Source of the DNA: Dicyema japonicum
Taxonomy: Eukaryota > Animalia > Dicyemida
Reading direction: 5' to 3'
Assembly: GCA_011109175.1 (NCBI GenBank)
Contig: RDEW01000002.1
Coordinates: forward strand, 1,244,676-1,308,675
DNA: 64,000 nucleotides
This document shows positions 11,472 to 24,768 of this stretch, in pieces (position 1 is the first letter of the stretch; each line of letters starts with the position of its first letter). Position numbers and translations under genes: made by a program. The notes below the pieces were generated by a model. The model was not told the origin of the DNA. It was given only the letters and a program-made list of their open reading frames with translations, and ran no database searches.

Positions 11472-13635
11472 TTAATAAATCTCATATATAATAGCTTTGT
11501 TATCCCCACACCCAACTACAAGATAATCGTCATTTGCCGATATTTCCGAACATAGGACAGAGGCACTTTCCCTGAGCTACTATAAAGTAATATGATTACC
11601 TGAAACATATTGGGACCCATGGGAGAAGCCCATCCATTAACATATTGATCTTTTCCAGTACTGACCATCCACCGATAAGAATGTGAAAAGTTAATAGAGA
11701 GTACACATGTATTGTGTAGTAATAGTTGATATTTTTCATTTTGATTCAAGTTAAGACATTCAATAGAGGCATTCTCCATTCTATATATTATATAAAGAGT
11801 AACCCTATGGCTAACCAATCTGGGGAATTACTGAGAGAATATATGCTTGATGTGAATGGATATTTCTTTACTAATTTATCTCCACGAATATCCCAAGTGC
11901 ATACACATTTATCCAATCCGCCAGTCCAAATAAGAGAATCATCAGGAGATATTGCAATGGAAGTAGCTCCATCACTATGTGCTTTAAATTGTCAACATAA
12001 GTAAAATATTACCTAATACGAGTAGAGTTGTGTAAATCCCAGACTCCAACATTTCCATCAGCACAACAAACATAGCACATTTTATCATCATTTGTTATTC
12101 CAATGGAATAACATGCATTTATTCCATTCTTCAAATCACTCCTTTTTTGTACAGAACCATTTCCAAAATCAAATATAGAGACTGTATCTTCTTCACCTCC
12201 AACTATTATTGTTCTGCCATCCTTAGTTAGTTTAGTAGAGCGAACATATGCCCCATTCTTTAATATTAATTTAGTAATAACCAAACAATCAAAGCTCATG
12301 ATAGGCAATTTATTACCACACAAGTTTGATATATTCCATCCTCTAATCTTTCCCTTTCCACCCGTATATGCCAAGTTTAGGTTTGAATTCAAGGCCACTG
12401 CACAAACTACTTCATCCTGTGGTAATATTGAGACTGCTTTAGCATTCTTTGGAACCCCTGAACTATGCTCCATAGTATGCTTTACTAGAATTGGTTGACT
12501 ATCGTTAACTATATGATTACAAACAGCACTAAATTATATTTCATTATTACTTTTTGGTAATGTTCTTATAATCAATCATTTCACTTCTCATATTCGGCAT
12601 CACTCCAAGAGCCCTTAAATCTTCCTCAAGCACCATAGAAGAAGGATTAATCATTCCATATGGAAGACAAAAATTCCTCATATACATTTCTGATATAATA
12701 AAAGGACATACCATTATCAATTTGACGTGGAATTTTAGAATTATTAGAGATTGAACGATTAATAACCTTATCTCTCTACAAACATTAAATATATAACAAC
12801 AATAGGGGACTTAATTCCATTTCCAGGCTAAATATTATAATTACACTACCATTTCTTCACTTGGTCTAGTCTCCACACTCGCCCTTCCATCAGGTTCATC
12901 ACAATTCTACAATTATAATAATACTTGATCCCTTCTCTTCCTTTGAGACGAATTGACCTATTTAAATTAACAAATGACCAACATCTGACTCATCCTGGTT
13001 TATTCTATTTTGCATATTCATGAAAAGTGGAAACATATTATTAAAATTGCTATTCCTGTTTGAAGTAATTGTTGATATTTGATTCTCATTCATTCCTTGA
13101 TGCGATATACCAAACATTGCTGCCAATTGTAATGGATTTATTACTGGCATGCTTTGCGGAACAAATGGCATTTTAGGTTGAGCCTTTATATACACATTAT
13201 GTTACCCGTATTTGCGGCTTACGTTGATGCTGCATTTTTATTTTCTCCATCAAATTACTCACATTCTGCTGATTTTCATGAGAAAGTAAAGGAGAAAACT
13301 GATTTATCAGATTAGTCAAGTTCTTTACAGTCTCATTCTACTATTACATCAATTATATACAAGAGATAACAGATCTGTGTTGAATAATTCGTGATTCTAG
13401 TACTTTAATCATTATATATACCAGTGATGCACATTTTTGAAATTCAGTACGTTCAATAATAAGCTTGTCTCGCTCATTTTTTAGACTATTCATTCAATAA
13501 AGACTACCCTTGAATTTCATGGTGAAGACTTGTCACCTCTTCCCTTATTTTGTCGATATACTCATAAATGTTATGCTTTATTTGATTATTCTAAATAATC
13601 ACTCAAATGTAAACTTGTCTCTGACCAGGCTGCAT
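11472..13635 (-). CDS. gro/TLE: Groucho/TLE corepressor (~16 introns of 18-25 nt; ~3 apparent 1-nt indels)
   Basis: N-terminal Q domain (FSPLLSHENQQNV); WD40 with EVVCAVA, YTGGKG, IVGGE, DGNVGVWDLHN, WTGGLD, VSTGKD and GDNKAIIYEIY*. Confidence 0.93.
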
Positions 13636-13939
13636 TGACACAACAAATTGATTTGCGCAATTCTACGTAATTTGACTTGCACGAAAACGCTATAACGATG
13701 AAATTTAATTATTCATGTAATTCAAATATATTATTAATATTAACAATCAATCACTAATCACCACACATCATCGACCCCTCTCACCGTTGCAACAGAGATC
13801 AACTGGATAAGTCACTGAGTCTCACGTGCGTCCTGGGACTTTTTAGTGTAGCCAGGCGTCCCAGCTTCTTGAGGAAACGAATTACCCATAATAATATCGT
13901 CATTATAATGAAACCACCTTCTATGACTAATGTAAATTA

Positions 13940-14017
13940 ACATTAAACTGACCACTTATTAATTGATTGGCACAGTAGTGACATTAAAATGACCACTTAT
14001 TAATTGATTGGCACAGT
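13940..14017. repeat. ~41-bp tandem duplication upstream of Groucho
   Basis: acattaaa(c/a)tgaccacttattaattgattggcacagt x2. Confidence 0.85.
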
Positions 14018-14989
14018 GAGATCAATATGATCGATAATGTCTAGTGGATTGTTTGAAATGTGTTAACTGCTGTTCTTAATAGATACTTATAGAATGGATC
14101 AATTATATTACGGAAATCAACATCTCAGCTGGAATATTATGATTGCACTTTCTATCACATTTATTTTAATTTGTAGTCATGGAATCATAATTTGTGGTTT
14201 CTAACCATTGATTTTGTAATAAGATTAGTGATGAATTATTGTGGTTTGGATTTATAAACCACAATAATTTCTATCAAATTAGTACAAGGCGGAGGGTTAG
14301 GGAAAATCAAAAAGACTTCTGTGGTAATGGAAAAAAAGACGAATTGAGACTTATGTGGTTCTCTCGAAATGGCAGTGATCAGCGGGAATGCCCCCTTAAC
14401 TATAAAACTTTACTTTTTTCAAAAAATATAAAAATTAATAAATTTATGATGTCAACCTTGAGTATAGCTATTATGTAACAATTAATCATTTAATTTCTTA
14501 AGTCAATGTTCGTTTCGTAATTTATATCCGATTATTATTGATTCTCTACATGATATCTTTTAATAGATATTACGACCACCACATTTATGGATAATACAAA
14601 TATGAACATTTTAAAGACAAATCAATATAAATGTAATTAATTTTACAAGTGTCTTTATATTGGCGTTTTAGACACCACAAAGACTGATTGTATTTAAATA
14701 GGTGAATTAGCAGGAAGAGAATTAAATCTTAATTATATAAGTTCATTCTAATCATTGGATATCCTATTGGGCGATAGGGTTAAATAGCAGGTTGATTGCT
14801 CTTTCCTTAAGGGGACAAGAATGTGATTGATTTATTTTGTTATTTCACTTTGAAGATATAGATTTCATAATTTAAAAATGTATTCGCAAATAATCTCATG
14901 TAATTCAGGTCATGACAAATATGAATTATTATTATCAATAAATTAAGTAAGGTTATAGATAAGGTTAATTAACATTATTCGACTTCTTT

Positions 14990-16080
14990 CTGATGCTCTA
15001 GTTTCTTGGACATATCAGGGACGAGAACATTACCGGCATAAATAATAACTGTGTCCTGGCTGTGACAAGTACACCATTAAAAAGTTGATAAAAAGACATT
15101 GGAGGGACACCTTGTTTCAAGACAATTTTTTTGAGATATGAAGACCATCTGTCATTCTCTTCCACTGAGGAAAGCTTTGATCCAATTATACAAAAAATTC
15201 GTGTCCTCATTTTCCGAAGCTGTTTCAGTATGACCTCATTTCGCACACTGTCAAAACCATTCAAATATTCATGCAAATGTGACAGTAGGACTTTTCGATA
15301 GAATCCAAACTGATTTTTGATTCAGCCCAATTTTAAAGTCTCTCGAACAATTGCCCCATTATTTTTGGTAGCAAACATATTAGGATAAGGGCTTTTTCTT
15401 GGACAATTCTGTTGAGTGCTTCTAGTCTTGTGGGATATATCTCATTCCTAGACATCCTCAAATAAGTTCTTTAAACGACTTCATTTTTATATGATCGAAT
15501 CCGGCAGAATGTATCTCTGATATCGCCATTTCTTCATAAGATGAATTGGAAGAATTTGTTATTCTTGGAATATATGCGGGTCTGTGATCAAATTTCCGGA
15601 AATTATGGAGGTCGACGCCAATTATCTTGTTCAACAGATGATGTAGAATAGTTGATACTTTTTCTTGCGTAGACCTCCTCCACCAGGTTTTCCCAACATG
15701 ACGACGTTAGATACAATTGGTGCTTAACGTACGTATTCAGTTTTTTTAGGTTCCTCCATCTTCTGTCCATCAACTCTTCGTTAAGACTGCTATCCATAAT
15801 GTCTATACATCTTAGAGCAAACCTTTTTCTCTATGATCTTCCTCCTGATATAAAATCATCAATATCTTACTGCAGTAACTTTTATGGTGTTCCATTCTCT
15901 ACGAGGTTTGTGATACGAACAAACGATATCGGTTGTTCTCAGATCTCATATAAACTAAGTGAAACAAACGTCATATAATAACTCCACTCATATTATATAC
16001 TAAAAACATCAGTTCTTTCAATCTACAGGTTAATATTCAGCTTTTGTGGTATATGGTCGCTCTCGTTTGGGTACACAGAA
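14990..16080 (-). mobile_element. Highly decayed LINE RT remnant
   Basis: GFDSV, KQGVP and Q.GF-like remnants with many stops. Confidence 0.5.
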
Positions 16081-18347
16081 ATTAAATGAGAGGGAGACAA
16101 TTATTAACTTCAAGAATTTCAAATCCCACATTCCCCCATTATAATTTTTATAAACGTCTATATTTGTGACATTATACGCTCAATGTTATTGAATTTAAAT
16201 CTCCAATGATGCAACCTGGACTTTAATAAAAAATTTTTCTCATTAGTATTCGAAGACTTCGAGTAGAGGTTCCAAATTTAACCCAAGCAGAGGAACAACA
16301 TACTTCAATCAACACAAATTCATATTGCATCGAGTCAACGACATTTGTGAGTCGAGTTCTTAAAATCACTAAGACGTCCGATGATATAGCTAAATTCTTT
16401 AGGTCGAATAGGTATTGATGACCAGGCCAAGACAGTATTGTCAGTCAGAGTATGACAATTACAACCAACTCATGATTTTATTACCGTTTGATATCTTTTT
16501 TCCCCTGAACGACTCTTCCTTACGCGATATTCCATATCTGTTGGTAGACGTCTTTCTAATCTTTGACCTCATACTCGTTCAATATCCTTAATTTCTTTTG
16601 TTCGACTCCCACACGGACGATATTCACATGACCGATATCTGTTGGCCGTGTTCTTTTCAGTTTTTTACCTCGTTTAAATCGATTAATTGTGGATGTTCCT
16701 GACAATATGGCATCCCATGTAACATAGCCCTTGTATTGGGTAACCTCCAGTTCTGATAATCCGGCTTATTTCACTTCTTTGCAGAAACGAGAAATAAGTT
16801 CTGGCAACTACAACATTAGGCCTTTTTAACCATTTCCAATTGACAGTGTTTCTTTCAATCTTGAGTTACAATCGTACGAAGGACATAACTTCCGTTTTCG
16901 AACGAATGACAAGCATGGCAAAATAAGAGCTTTCTTCCTTCTCAGGCAAAACAATCAATACTCCTATAGGTATACACGATAATCTGAATATAGTGAAGCA
17001 TCATCTTGTACATAGAAAGTATGTTCTTTAGAATAACTTCCATTGCTTCATTATTATGTTTTTAACTTTGTGACTGCAAACCCCAAGCTGCACACAGTTC
17101 ATCCACCGAGAGAGCTTTCTTTTTCTAGTAACTGACACTCAACAAAACTCTGGGACCTTCGCAGGTAACACGAGCTTTTTGATCGATGCAGAGCGTTCAT
17201 CAGTCTGACTGTACCTCTTCTAAGGTCCTTTTACGGTAATCAGCCGACTTGATTTGTTATTCGTGTCCACATCAGCAATTTTAATGGTATTCTCATTTGA
17301 TGTATTTTCTTCGTAACTTTTTTATTAAATTGTAAATCCCAGCTTCTCTAACATGTAAGAAGCTGACGAACATAGAGAAATACGTTGCCGAATCAAATTT
17401 CCCCCAAAGACCCTCATGCCCGTTTAATGTTGCCATCAAAGTTTCCTTTGGGAGGGCTAAGTGGTTCTTTTTGTCATGTGATGTGTAGTACACATATGAA
17501 ATCACGAGGATGTTAACCATAATAAATGTAAATAAATCCTATTGTTTTCTTTGTAACTATATTACAGAACCATTAATACAAATTAATTTTATAATTAAAT
17601 TCACAATGACGGAGTCATGGCCAAGGGACTTTGGAAATGGAACGTATTTAAAACGATTGTTAAGAAGAGTCTCTTCCTGCACCTAGCATCATTGTTCTGT
17701 TAGGAGAATACACTCGCTCCGCCTGGAAGTTTGCCTTTTCCTCATCGAGGATCAATAAACTCATCTCACGTCTTTTTTAATGGAAAATCTATGCCTCGTA
17801 CTTTAATTTCATAGGAATCTACAAGGAACAATGACGTTGATGGGACACCCTGATTAAGTTCCTCTGCAGACATTAGAGTGACATCCTCTCAAATAACTAT
17901 CAAAAAAGAACAAGTTATCACCACTGTAAGATCTTTTCCATGGCGAACACATTTGCACTTTGACCGTTTGACTACCTGGTTATTCTGACACTCACAAAAT
18001 TAACATCTCCACTTATACTACAAAGACAAGTTATGGGAGATAAGATTATTATTTAACAAGGAATCTCAAAATCTTGATTAATATACAATACATGTAATTT
18101 AAAAGTGGATTGTCTTAATAAGACTTCTCTTTAACACACGTGTTGAGAATGGAGATTTATACTTACTCTCAATAAATCTTATTTTGCTTACTGAGGATTG
18201 ACTGGTGGAAGTTCAGACCCATCTCTTTAACCATGATAATTAAATATTATTGAGCTGTATAGCGAATAAAAGTCGAATAGTGCGTTATGATTTATTATTT
18301 TTATATTCCCATTCATTTTAAAATCAAAAATTGATTGAAAGCAATAA

Positions 18348-18773
18348 ATGCGCAATAATCAGGATTATTATTCATTCCCTCAAAATACAGTTATCGGGAA
18401 CTTCCAAGATTATTATAATTATGATAACTTTTACTCCTTTGACTATCACCATAAAATACCAACATTTGATAATTTATCTTCTGGGGGAGTATCAGCTTTA
18501 GCTGGAGAAGATAAAACTGAAAAGATGATTTTCTATCCATGGATGACAAAACACGTGGACAAACAAGAAGGATCCTCAGTAAGGACTCGAACATGCTACT
18601 CGCAGAAACAAGTTGTAGAATTGGAAAAAGAATTTTGTCACAAGAAATACTTAACTAAAGAAAGAAAATCAGAATTATCGAAATCCTTAAATCTAACAGA
18701 AAGACAAATCAAAATATGGTTTCAGAACAGACGAATGAAATCCAAAAAGGCAAATAATTCTAACTTGTTTTAA
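18348..18773 (+). CDS. Intronless Hox-class homeodomain protein, 141 aa
   Basis: FYPWM hexapeptide followed by [18 protein letters not shown]...[16 protein letters not shown]. Confidence 0.93.
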   Translation: MRNNQDYYSFPQNTVIGNFQDYYNYDNFYSFDYHHKIPTFDNLSSGGVSALAGEDKTEKMIFYPWMTKHVDKQEGSSVRTRTCYSQKQVVELEKEFCHKKYLTKERKSELSKSLNLTERQIKIWFQNRRMKSKKANNSNLF

Positions 18774-19779
18774 TAAAACCTTTGATATTAATAAATTGAT
18801 TGTCATCACAGCATGCCAGAGTCAATTTCTTTTTATTTTATCAACAAAGGGTGCATGCATAACTTCAAAGGCTATTTATTGTAAATAATGTGCCACAGAC
18901 ACCCCACTGCTGTCTCATTTACTTTACATCAAATTAGGAGAATAGTCTTAATAGTTCATATTAATTAATCAATTTAGGCCCTCACTTTTATCACTGTTCA
19001 GGTCCTTGAAAAATATATAAGACATTTTAATATGATATTAAAAATCACCACAAAATCTGAATTAAGCAATAAATATCACTATTTTAGTGAATCATAAAAT
19101 AAAGTCTTAACTACTATTACTCAATGATCATGTTATTTTGTATTATAAAAATGTTGGCATTTCAATTTTGATTGTACGGTTTCCAGAAGGCATAGCGATT
19201 ATCACCATTAATATATATTTGTATAGATATTACTTTTTTAGGAAAATTTGGTTACATGGCCCTCTCAGGACCGCGAGGGAAATAGACAGGAACAGCTAAT
19301 ATGTCAACTGAAGTCATTGAAAAAAACTGAGATTAGACTTCCCAACAGCCCAAAAAAAGATCAGAGTACTCCGAAGGTTTCTAAATCAAAAGGAACGAAT
19401 GTGAAAGTCTAGAAAAGGTACTTAATTTATTTTGTTTATTTACTCCGGGTATCTTCAAGTTAAACCGGCGGCTAACAAAAACGTTATAGCCAAGAGCGGA
19501 CTCTCCCAGAGATCCGACAGGTATATTTGGTTCTGTGCAGAATTCGGAGGTGGACCCGAACAAGATAAGACCCGTCTTTTAGTCGTCAAGAATGCATGAT
19601 GAACACGATGGAAAGGACGATTGTCCAATCATTTACGGATACGAATGTAAATCCACATGGTGAGAAAAGGTAGTGGATACGGGAAGATGTACTTCTTTCG
19701 TTTGTTACTTTCTGCATTAAAACAACAACATAACATTTTTATTAAAGACCAAGACATAGCGATAGTTACGGGGATTGTT

Positions 19780-20434
19780 TTTTATTATAAATCCTGCCCT
19801 GAGGCCTGGATTCTTTCGCAGTTTTACCCCCTCTAGCTTCAAAGTCTTGTATGAACATACGTGTCATCCACTTTGGTCCAAATAAAAAAACCCTCGATCT
19901 GTTCCACTACCATGCTCCTTAATGAGTTGATCAGCGTTTCTCCTCTTCTTCTAGTGCTTCTTCACCTCTTTTACGTAGGGCCAGCTTGATTGCTATCCAT
20001 CTCGTTTTATTCAAAATATTGATTATTGTCTCTTTCTTGGACAAAAAATACCATCCTTCACATCCGTAGATGAGAATTCTTTTAAAAATAAACATCTCCT
20101 TTTTCAAAGTGCTTGGTAAGCTCTTCCTCTTCATTTTGGCACCTTTAGCATAATCTCCTCTACATCCAAAACAGACACCCAAATAGCGCATATGATCAAC
20201 ATTACTGATACCACCAGTGTGTACTCCTGTTGAAAAACTTTATATAGTGTGAAATTTACATGAATTTCGACTTTTTTTTAATGAGAGACTTCTTCAGAAA
20301 TAAACCCCCGCATCTCACAAATGTTTTTCTCCGTATCAGAAGATTTCTTAACCAATCTAGTAAAAGTTTTTGGATTCCAGCTGCGACTAGCTGATATAAC
20401 AGTCAGTTTGCCAGACACTATCGAAAGCCTACGA
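19780..20434 (-). mobile_element. LINE RT/3' fragment split by a hAT insertion (5' part at 24350-24650)
   Basis: YLGV and LIYGCEGW; the CLDIS*AFDSVW motif reassembles across the TSD. Confidence 0.8.
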
Positions 20435-20459
20435 CAGGGGTGGCCAACTGGTCGATCGA

Positions 20460-23085
20460 CGTGGCTATGATCCAAGAAACTAAACTCGGCATGAATGATC
20501 ACACTCCTTTATTCCCTGGATAGGAGGCATCAGGATGGACCGTAAAAAGAGAAGAGGGAGCGGACTACATACTCTATTCAAAAAGAACCTGAAATGCAGA
20601 GACATTACTTCGGAAGTGAGGAAACTTGTTGGAAACGACGAGGTTACTGAGGCAATTGGAATCTCGCTTGGGACAACAAAAGGAATTCTGTGCTTCGTGA
20701 ATATCTACTTGCCTCCTCTCGGATCCTGCTCAAAGGACTATGTTATTCCAAACTTATCAAGATTGGCTACCTACGAGGAGATTATCATATGTGAAGATTT
20801 AAACGGAAAGCACCCCTTATGGTTGTCAACCCAACAGGCCGACACGAGAGGGAAGCTATTGTTATGGAAAACAGACTCCCTAACGACACTGAATGACCCA
20901 GCGAATAATACAAAGACCCCGTATCAGCCTACCTCTCCCGACGTAACACTCTGCTTCACATCACTTTCATCGAAAATTACATGGTCAGTCTTCTACGAAA
21001 CAAGAAGCGATCATAACCAGATTGTAATGAAGATCAAGAGAGAAGTCAAAGTGAGGAGAACACCTACTAGTTATAATTACAAAGCTGGTAACTGGGAATT
21101 GTATCGCGCAATCTCTGATGATAGACTGAAGAATTATTACTTGGACAGCTTCAAATCGCTAGAAAAAGCAATCAAATACTTTTTTTTTTTTTTAGAACAA
21201 AAATTTATTAACAATAAAATATTATTTATTAACTATGGGGGAGAGCAAATACTTAACTTGCACAATCCTAGAAGCAAGATCATTGGCTATTCCCGAGCAT
21301 CGTCTAAATTCCTCTAATGGTCGAAGGAAGTCGGCATTAGTAAAATAAAGAAATCACCTCAAAAAATCAATTGAATCACATTAGAAACGAAACTCCGGAT
21401 CAGAGCTCTAAACGACGAAATAAAGGCCAGAGAGTTCAAGGCCTATAATTTGAAGTGGAATCGAATTCTTACAAATATAAATCGCAACCGTAGTACCGGA
21501 GAAGTGTGGAAAGCCATCCGAAATGTTGCAATGGGCTAAGAAACTTCCCCCAAGGATGACTATACTCAACGAGACGTTAACAATTTGATAAAATTCTACA
21601 CAAAAATTTCGTCAAAGAACACAAAAAATCGGAAGTGCTTCTCTCTTCACACAGAAAAATGATGAAAAGATTCTAACCCAGTTTACTTCTCGAATGAAGA
21701 CGTGAATAACGTTTTACAAGAACAACGTACTCTGCCGGTCCCGACAACATTCCAGTTGTGTTATTGAAGAACCTTGGAGATATTGGAGTCGATTTTCAAC
21801 TATTCAATTAATTGTAATGTAATATCGTTGTTGTGAAGCAAGCCAACATCCGACCTATACTGAAACCTGGAAAACCTAAGGAAGATCGGCATCATATAGA
21901 CCTGTGTCATTGTTATGTTCCATATCGAAAATCATGGAGAGGCTTGTGCTTGGGAGAATCAAGGTTTTCTTACCAGAAAAAGATTTTCAACACGGATTAA
22001 AGAGCGATTGTTCTACATCAACGTACCTACAGAAATTAACCAACTTTATTAGAGATGGTTTTTCAAACAAACCAAGGTATTTGAAAACAGTTTTATGTTC
22101 CATTGATATTAACAAGGCCTTTGATTCTATTTCGAGAAAATATTATCTAAGAAAATTTTCCAGTCCGAAATCTCGGAGACGCTCAAACTTTGGATAACAA
22201 ATTTCTTAAGTGGACGAAGGGGACGTGTATGCCTCGGAGGACTGAAATCAGTCTCGCGTCTTTTAACAAACAATGTCCCCCAAGGATCTCCTTTATCCCC
22301 CGCCTTATTCAATTTATACCTGGCAGACCTCCCGACACCGGAATCCAATAACGATGTTCTACTCTCATACGCGGACGACATTGTTTTAGCCTCGCGTGAT
22401 CGGGATATCCAAAATGCTACAGAAAGATTACAAATTAACCTGGACCGACTCAACGCCTAAGTAATGAAGAACCGACTCACGATAAATTCCAGAAAGTCGG
22501 TCACGTCTATGTTTACTTCGGACAAAAGGTTGGGGAAGAAGACTGTCACCTTAAAATTGGACAACGTTGAAATCCCCTTCAGCATATGTCAGAAGATACT
22601 GGGCGTGACACTGGATACGCACTTATGCTTGTCACCACCAAAAATTGTTCTGAAGTGCGAGAAGAAAATCAATGTATTGAAATGTTTATCTGGAATATGG
22701 AAGACCGGTACCCACCCGGTCTTGATGAATATCTACAAACAATATATTAACCATGCTTCTCGTACGCGTGTGTTTCGTGGGGACCTTCATTATCATGGAC
22801 GAATACTAAGAAAATCGAGGACGTTCAAAAAAAGGCTTTCAGAGTCACGGAGCGGTGGACTTGTGGGAGACACAGAACCAGACCGACTACTTTGAAGGCC
22901 CTCATAAAACTAAACTCCGGCATCGGGAAGGTGGCCCTGCAAATACAGTCAGCCGCCCAGTACGAGCTTGTGTGGGCACGAGGGAGGAGCACTTGGGAAA
23001 GGATGAGGATTTTGGTGGAACGCATCAGGATCACGTGATAGTTAGTTTGGTTTTACCGTGGTCTTGGGTGTTAAATAAATAAAAT
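20460..23085 (+). mobile_element. Jockey/I-group LINE (APE+RT), degenerate, nested in the hAT
   Basis: IQETKL, DLNGKH, SPDVT, SDHN, IDINKAFDS, PQGSPLSP, YADD and LGVTLD; A-rich tail. Confidence 0.88.
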
Positions 23086-23109
23086 AAGAAAATATTTATT
23101 ATAATTTAC

Positions 23110-23287
23110 AAAAAGATCTGGTCAATATAAAAGAAATCTAAAAAATGCCCACGACCAGGACAACATGAGAGCCTTGGCTAGGAACAGGGGAGCATTGAAA
23201 AGGATGACATCTAACCTTGTTTCTTTTGCTGCACATGGGCTATAATTAATATGGCTCTCGTGAATTGCTTAAATAATAATTATAATG
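23110..23287 (+). mobile_element. RTE 3'-end fragment
   Basis: atggctctcgtgaa..gctt followed by (TAA)n, matching the RTE family A tail. Confidence 0.7.
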
Positions 23288-23659
23288 AAAAACAAAAAAA
23301 TATGAGAAACTTAATTATTTAATCACACCCTTTAATTTTGGCTACTCCCAGGGACATCTTTTTGGATACAATTTTTGATATGTCGGGTTCAGCTATTTTT
23401 GTAGTTCCAACTTTTATTAAAGTGGATAAATTTTTTATTAGTGAGAATTGTTCTTTGAGCAGTTTTTTTTAATTTCATAAATGAAAAAAACTGTTCACAC
23501 ATATTTCGAACCAAAACAAGCAATGATTTTTGTCTATTTCAGCTCGTATTTGGTACCAACACCAGCAACCATATTCGGAGCACCATTTGTGCACAAACAA
23601 ACTTCTTAAAATAAAACCCATAGTCAAAAAGAATTTTTGTAGTTTTACAAAGATATCTT

Positions 23660-23990
23660 TATTTATTTAGAACCCCGGGATCACCGAGAAAGAAAGACAG
23701 AAAAACGTCAGAAAGTTAGGTAATCTATGTTCCCGCAATCGAATGAGCCATCCAACGTCTGTGGTCTCTCATTGTTCCCATTACCGTGCGAAAGAGCCTT
23801 ATCTCATCCCTGCAGAGGAATCCGATTGTGGAGGAGAACTTCCTAACCAATCGACTTTCTTTTGCATTGGAAAAGGACAAGCTAAACGGGTTTCTTTCCT
23901 CCTTACAGACCCGAAGGAATTCGGTTCCGGGACTACGGGTAGTAGTTCCGCGAGTAAAGAATTAACCATTGATCCAGGAGACCCTCCATA
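23660..23990 (-). mobile_element. LINE 3' fragment, same family as 55480-56120
   Basis: Visible nucleotide similarity to 55480-55760. Confidence 0.7.
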
Positions 23991-24768
23991 AATATGGTTT
24001 TCCGGTATATTGAAATGATTTTGTGGAGCTTAGTCTCTGGACGTGTGCTTAGCGTGCTGTCTTGTGCTCACCCTAAAGGTGTCACCCATTCCGAAAAGGA
24101 ACGAAAAGAGCCATCAACTTTCCCCTCATATGAGCCAGAATTCGAAATAATTGCAGAATTACAATGACAATTTTTATTATAAAATAAAAATTCTTTCCTT
24201 TTTGACGCGTTTGTTTCTTGTTCATATTTTTGGTAAATAAAATCTAATATTTAAAAAATTTTTATTAAAATACAAAAAATGTATAGTCGATCGCCAGACA
24301 AATCGCTAAATAAAAAGTAGCTCGTAAGAGAAAAAGGTTGGGACCCCTGGCCTACGATATATCGAGGCAGACGACACTCAGCTGATATTTGAAGTTCCTG
24401 GCCTTTTCAATCTCAGAATTCAAGATGAAAATCAATCTGGACGAAAGCTCCATGCTCCTTGCTGAGAAAATTCCGTGATTCGATATGACGCGAAAGTATT
24501 TTATAAATCAGCTTCTCCATGATTTTTGAGATTGAGTATATCAGATAATAGATCTATAGCCCAAGGAATCCGTCCTCGATTTCCCTGGTTTTGAGATCAT
24601 CTGAATAATGGAGTCCTACATATCTCATACTTGTTAAAATAGGCAACGGAGGAAATTACTTAAATATAAAATAATTTTTTACTTTCTGAATTATCCTAAA
24701 AATAAATAATTAAAAAAGTGTGATAAAACAATAAAAATAATTAATTTCAAAAACATTAAATCGTCACA

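Larger units (their letters stand above)
20435..24349. mobile_element. Non-autonomous hAT element carrying nested retroelements
   Basis: TIRs CAGGGGTGGCCAAC / CAGGGGTCCCAAC; perfect 8-bp TSD gcctacga at 20427-20434 and 24350-24357. Confidence 0.88.

Noticed and set aside
16200-17520. Degenerate minus-strand coding remnant (hints of a Gypsy integrase zinc domain or MULE)
   Set aside because: Motifs too weak to assign by eye; needs a translated profile search
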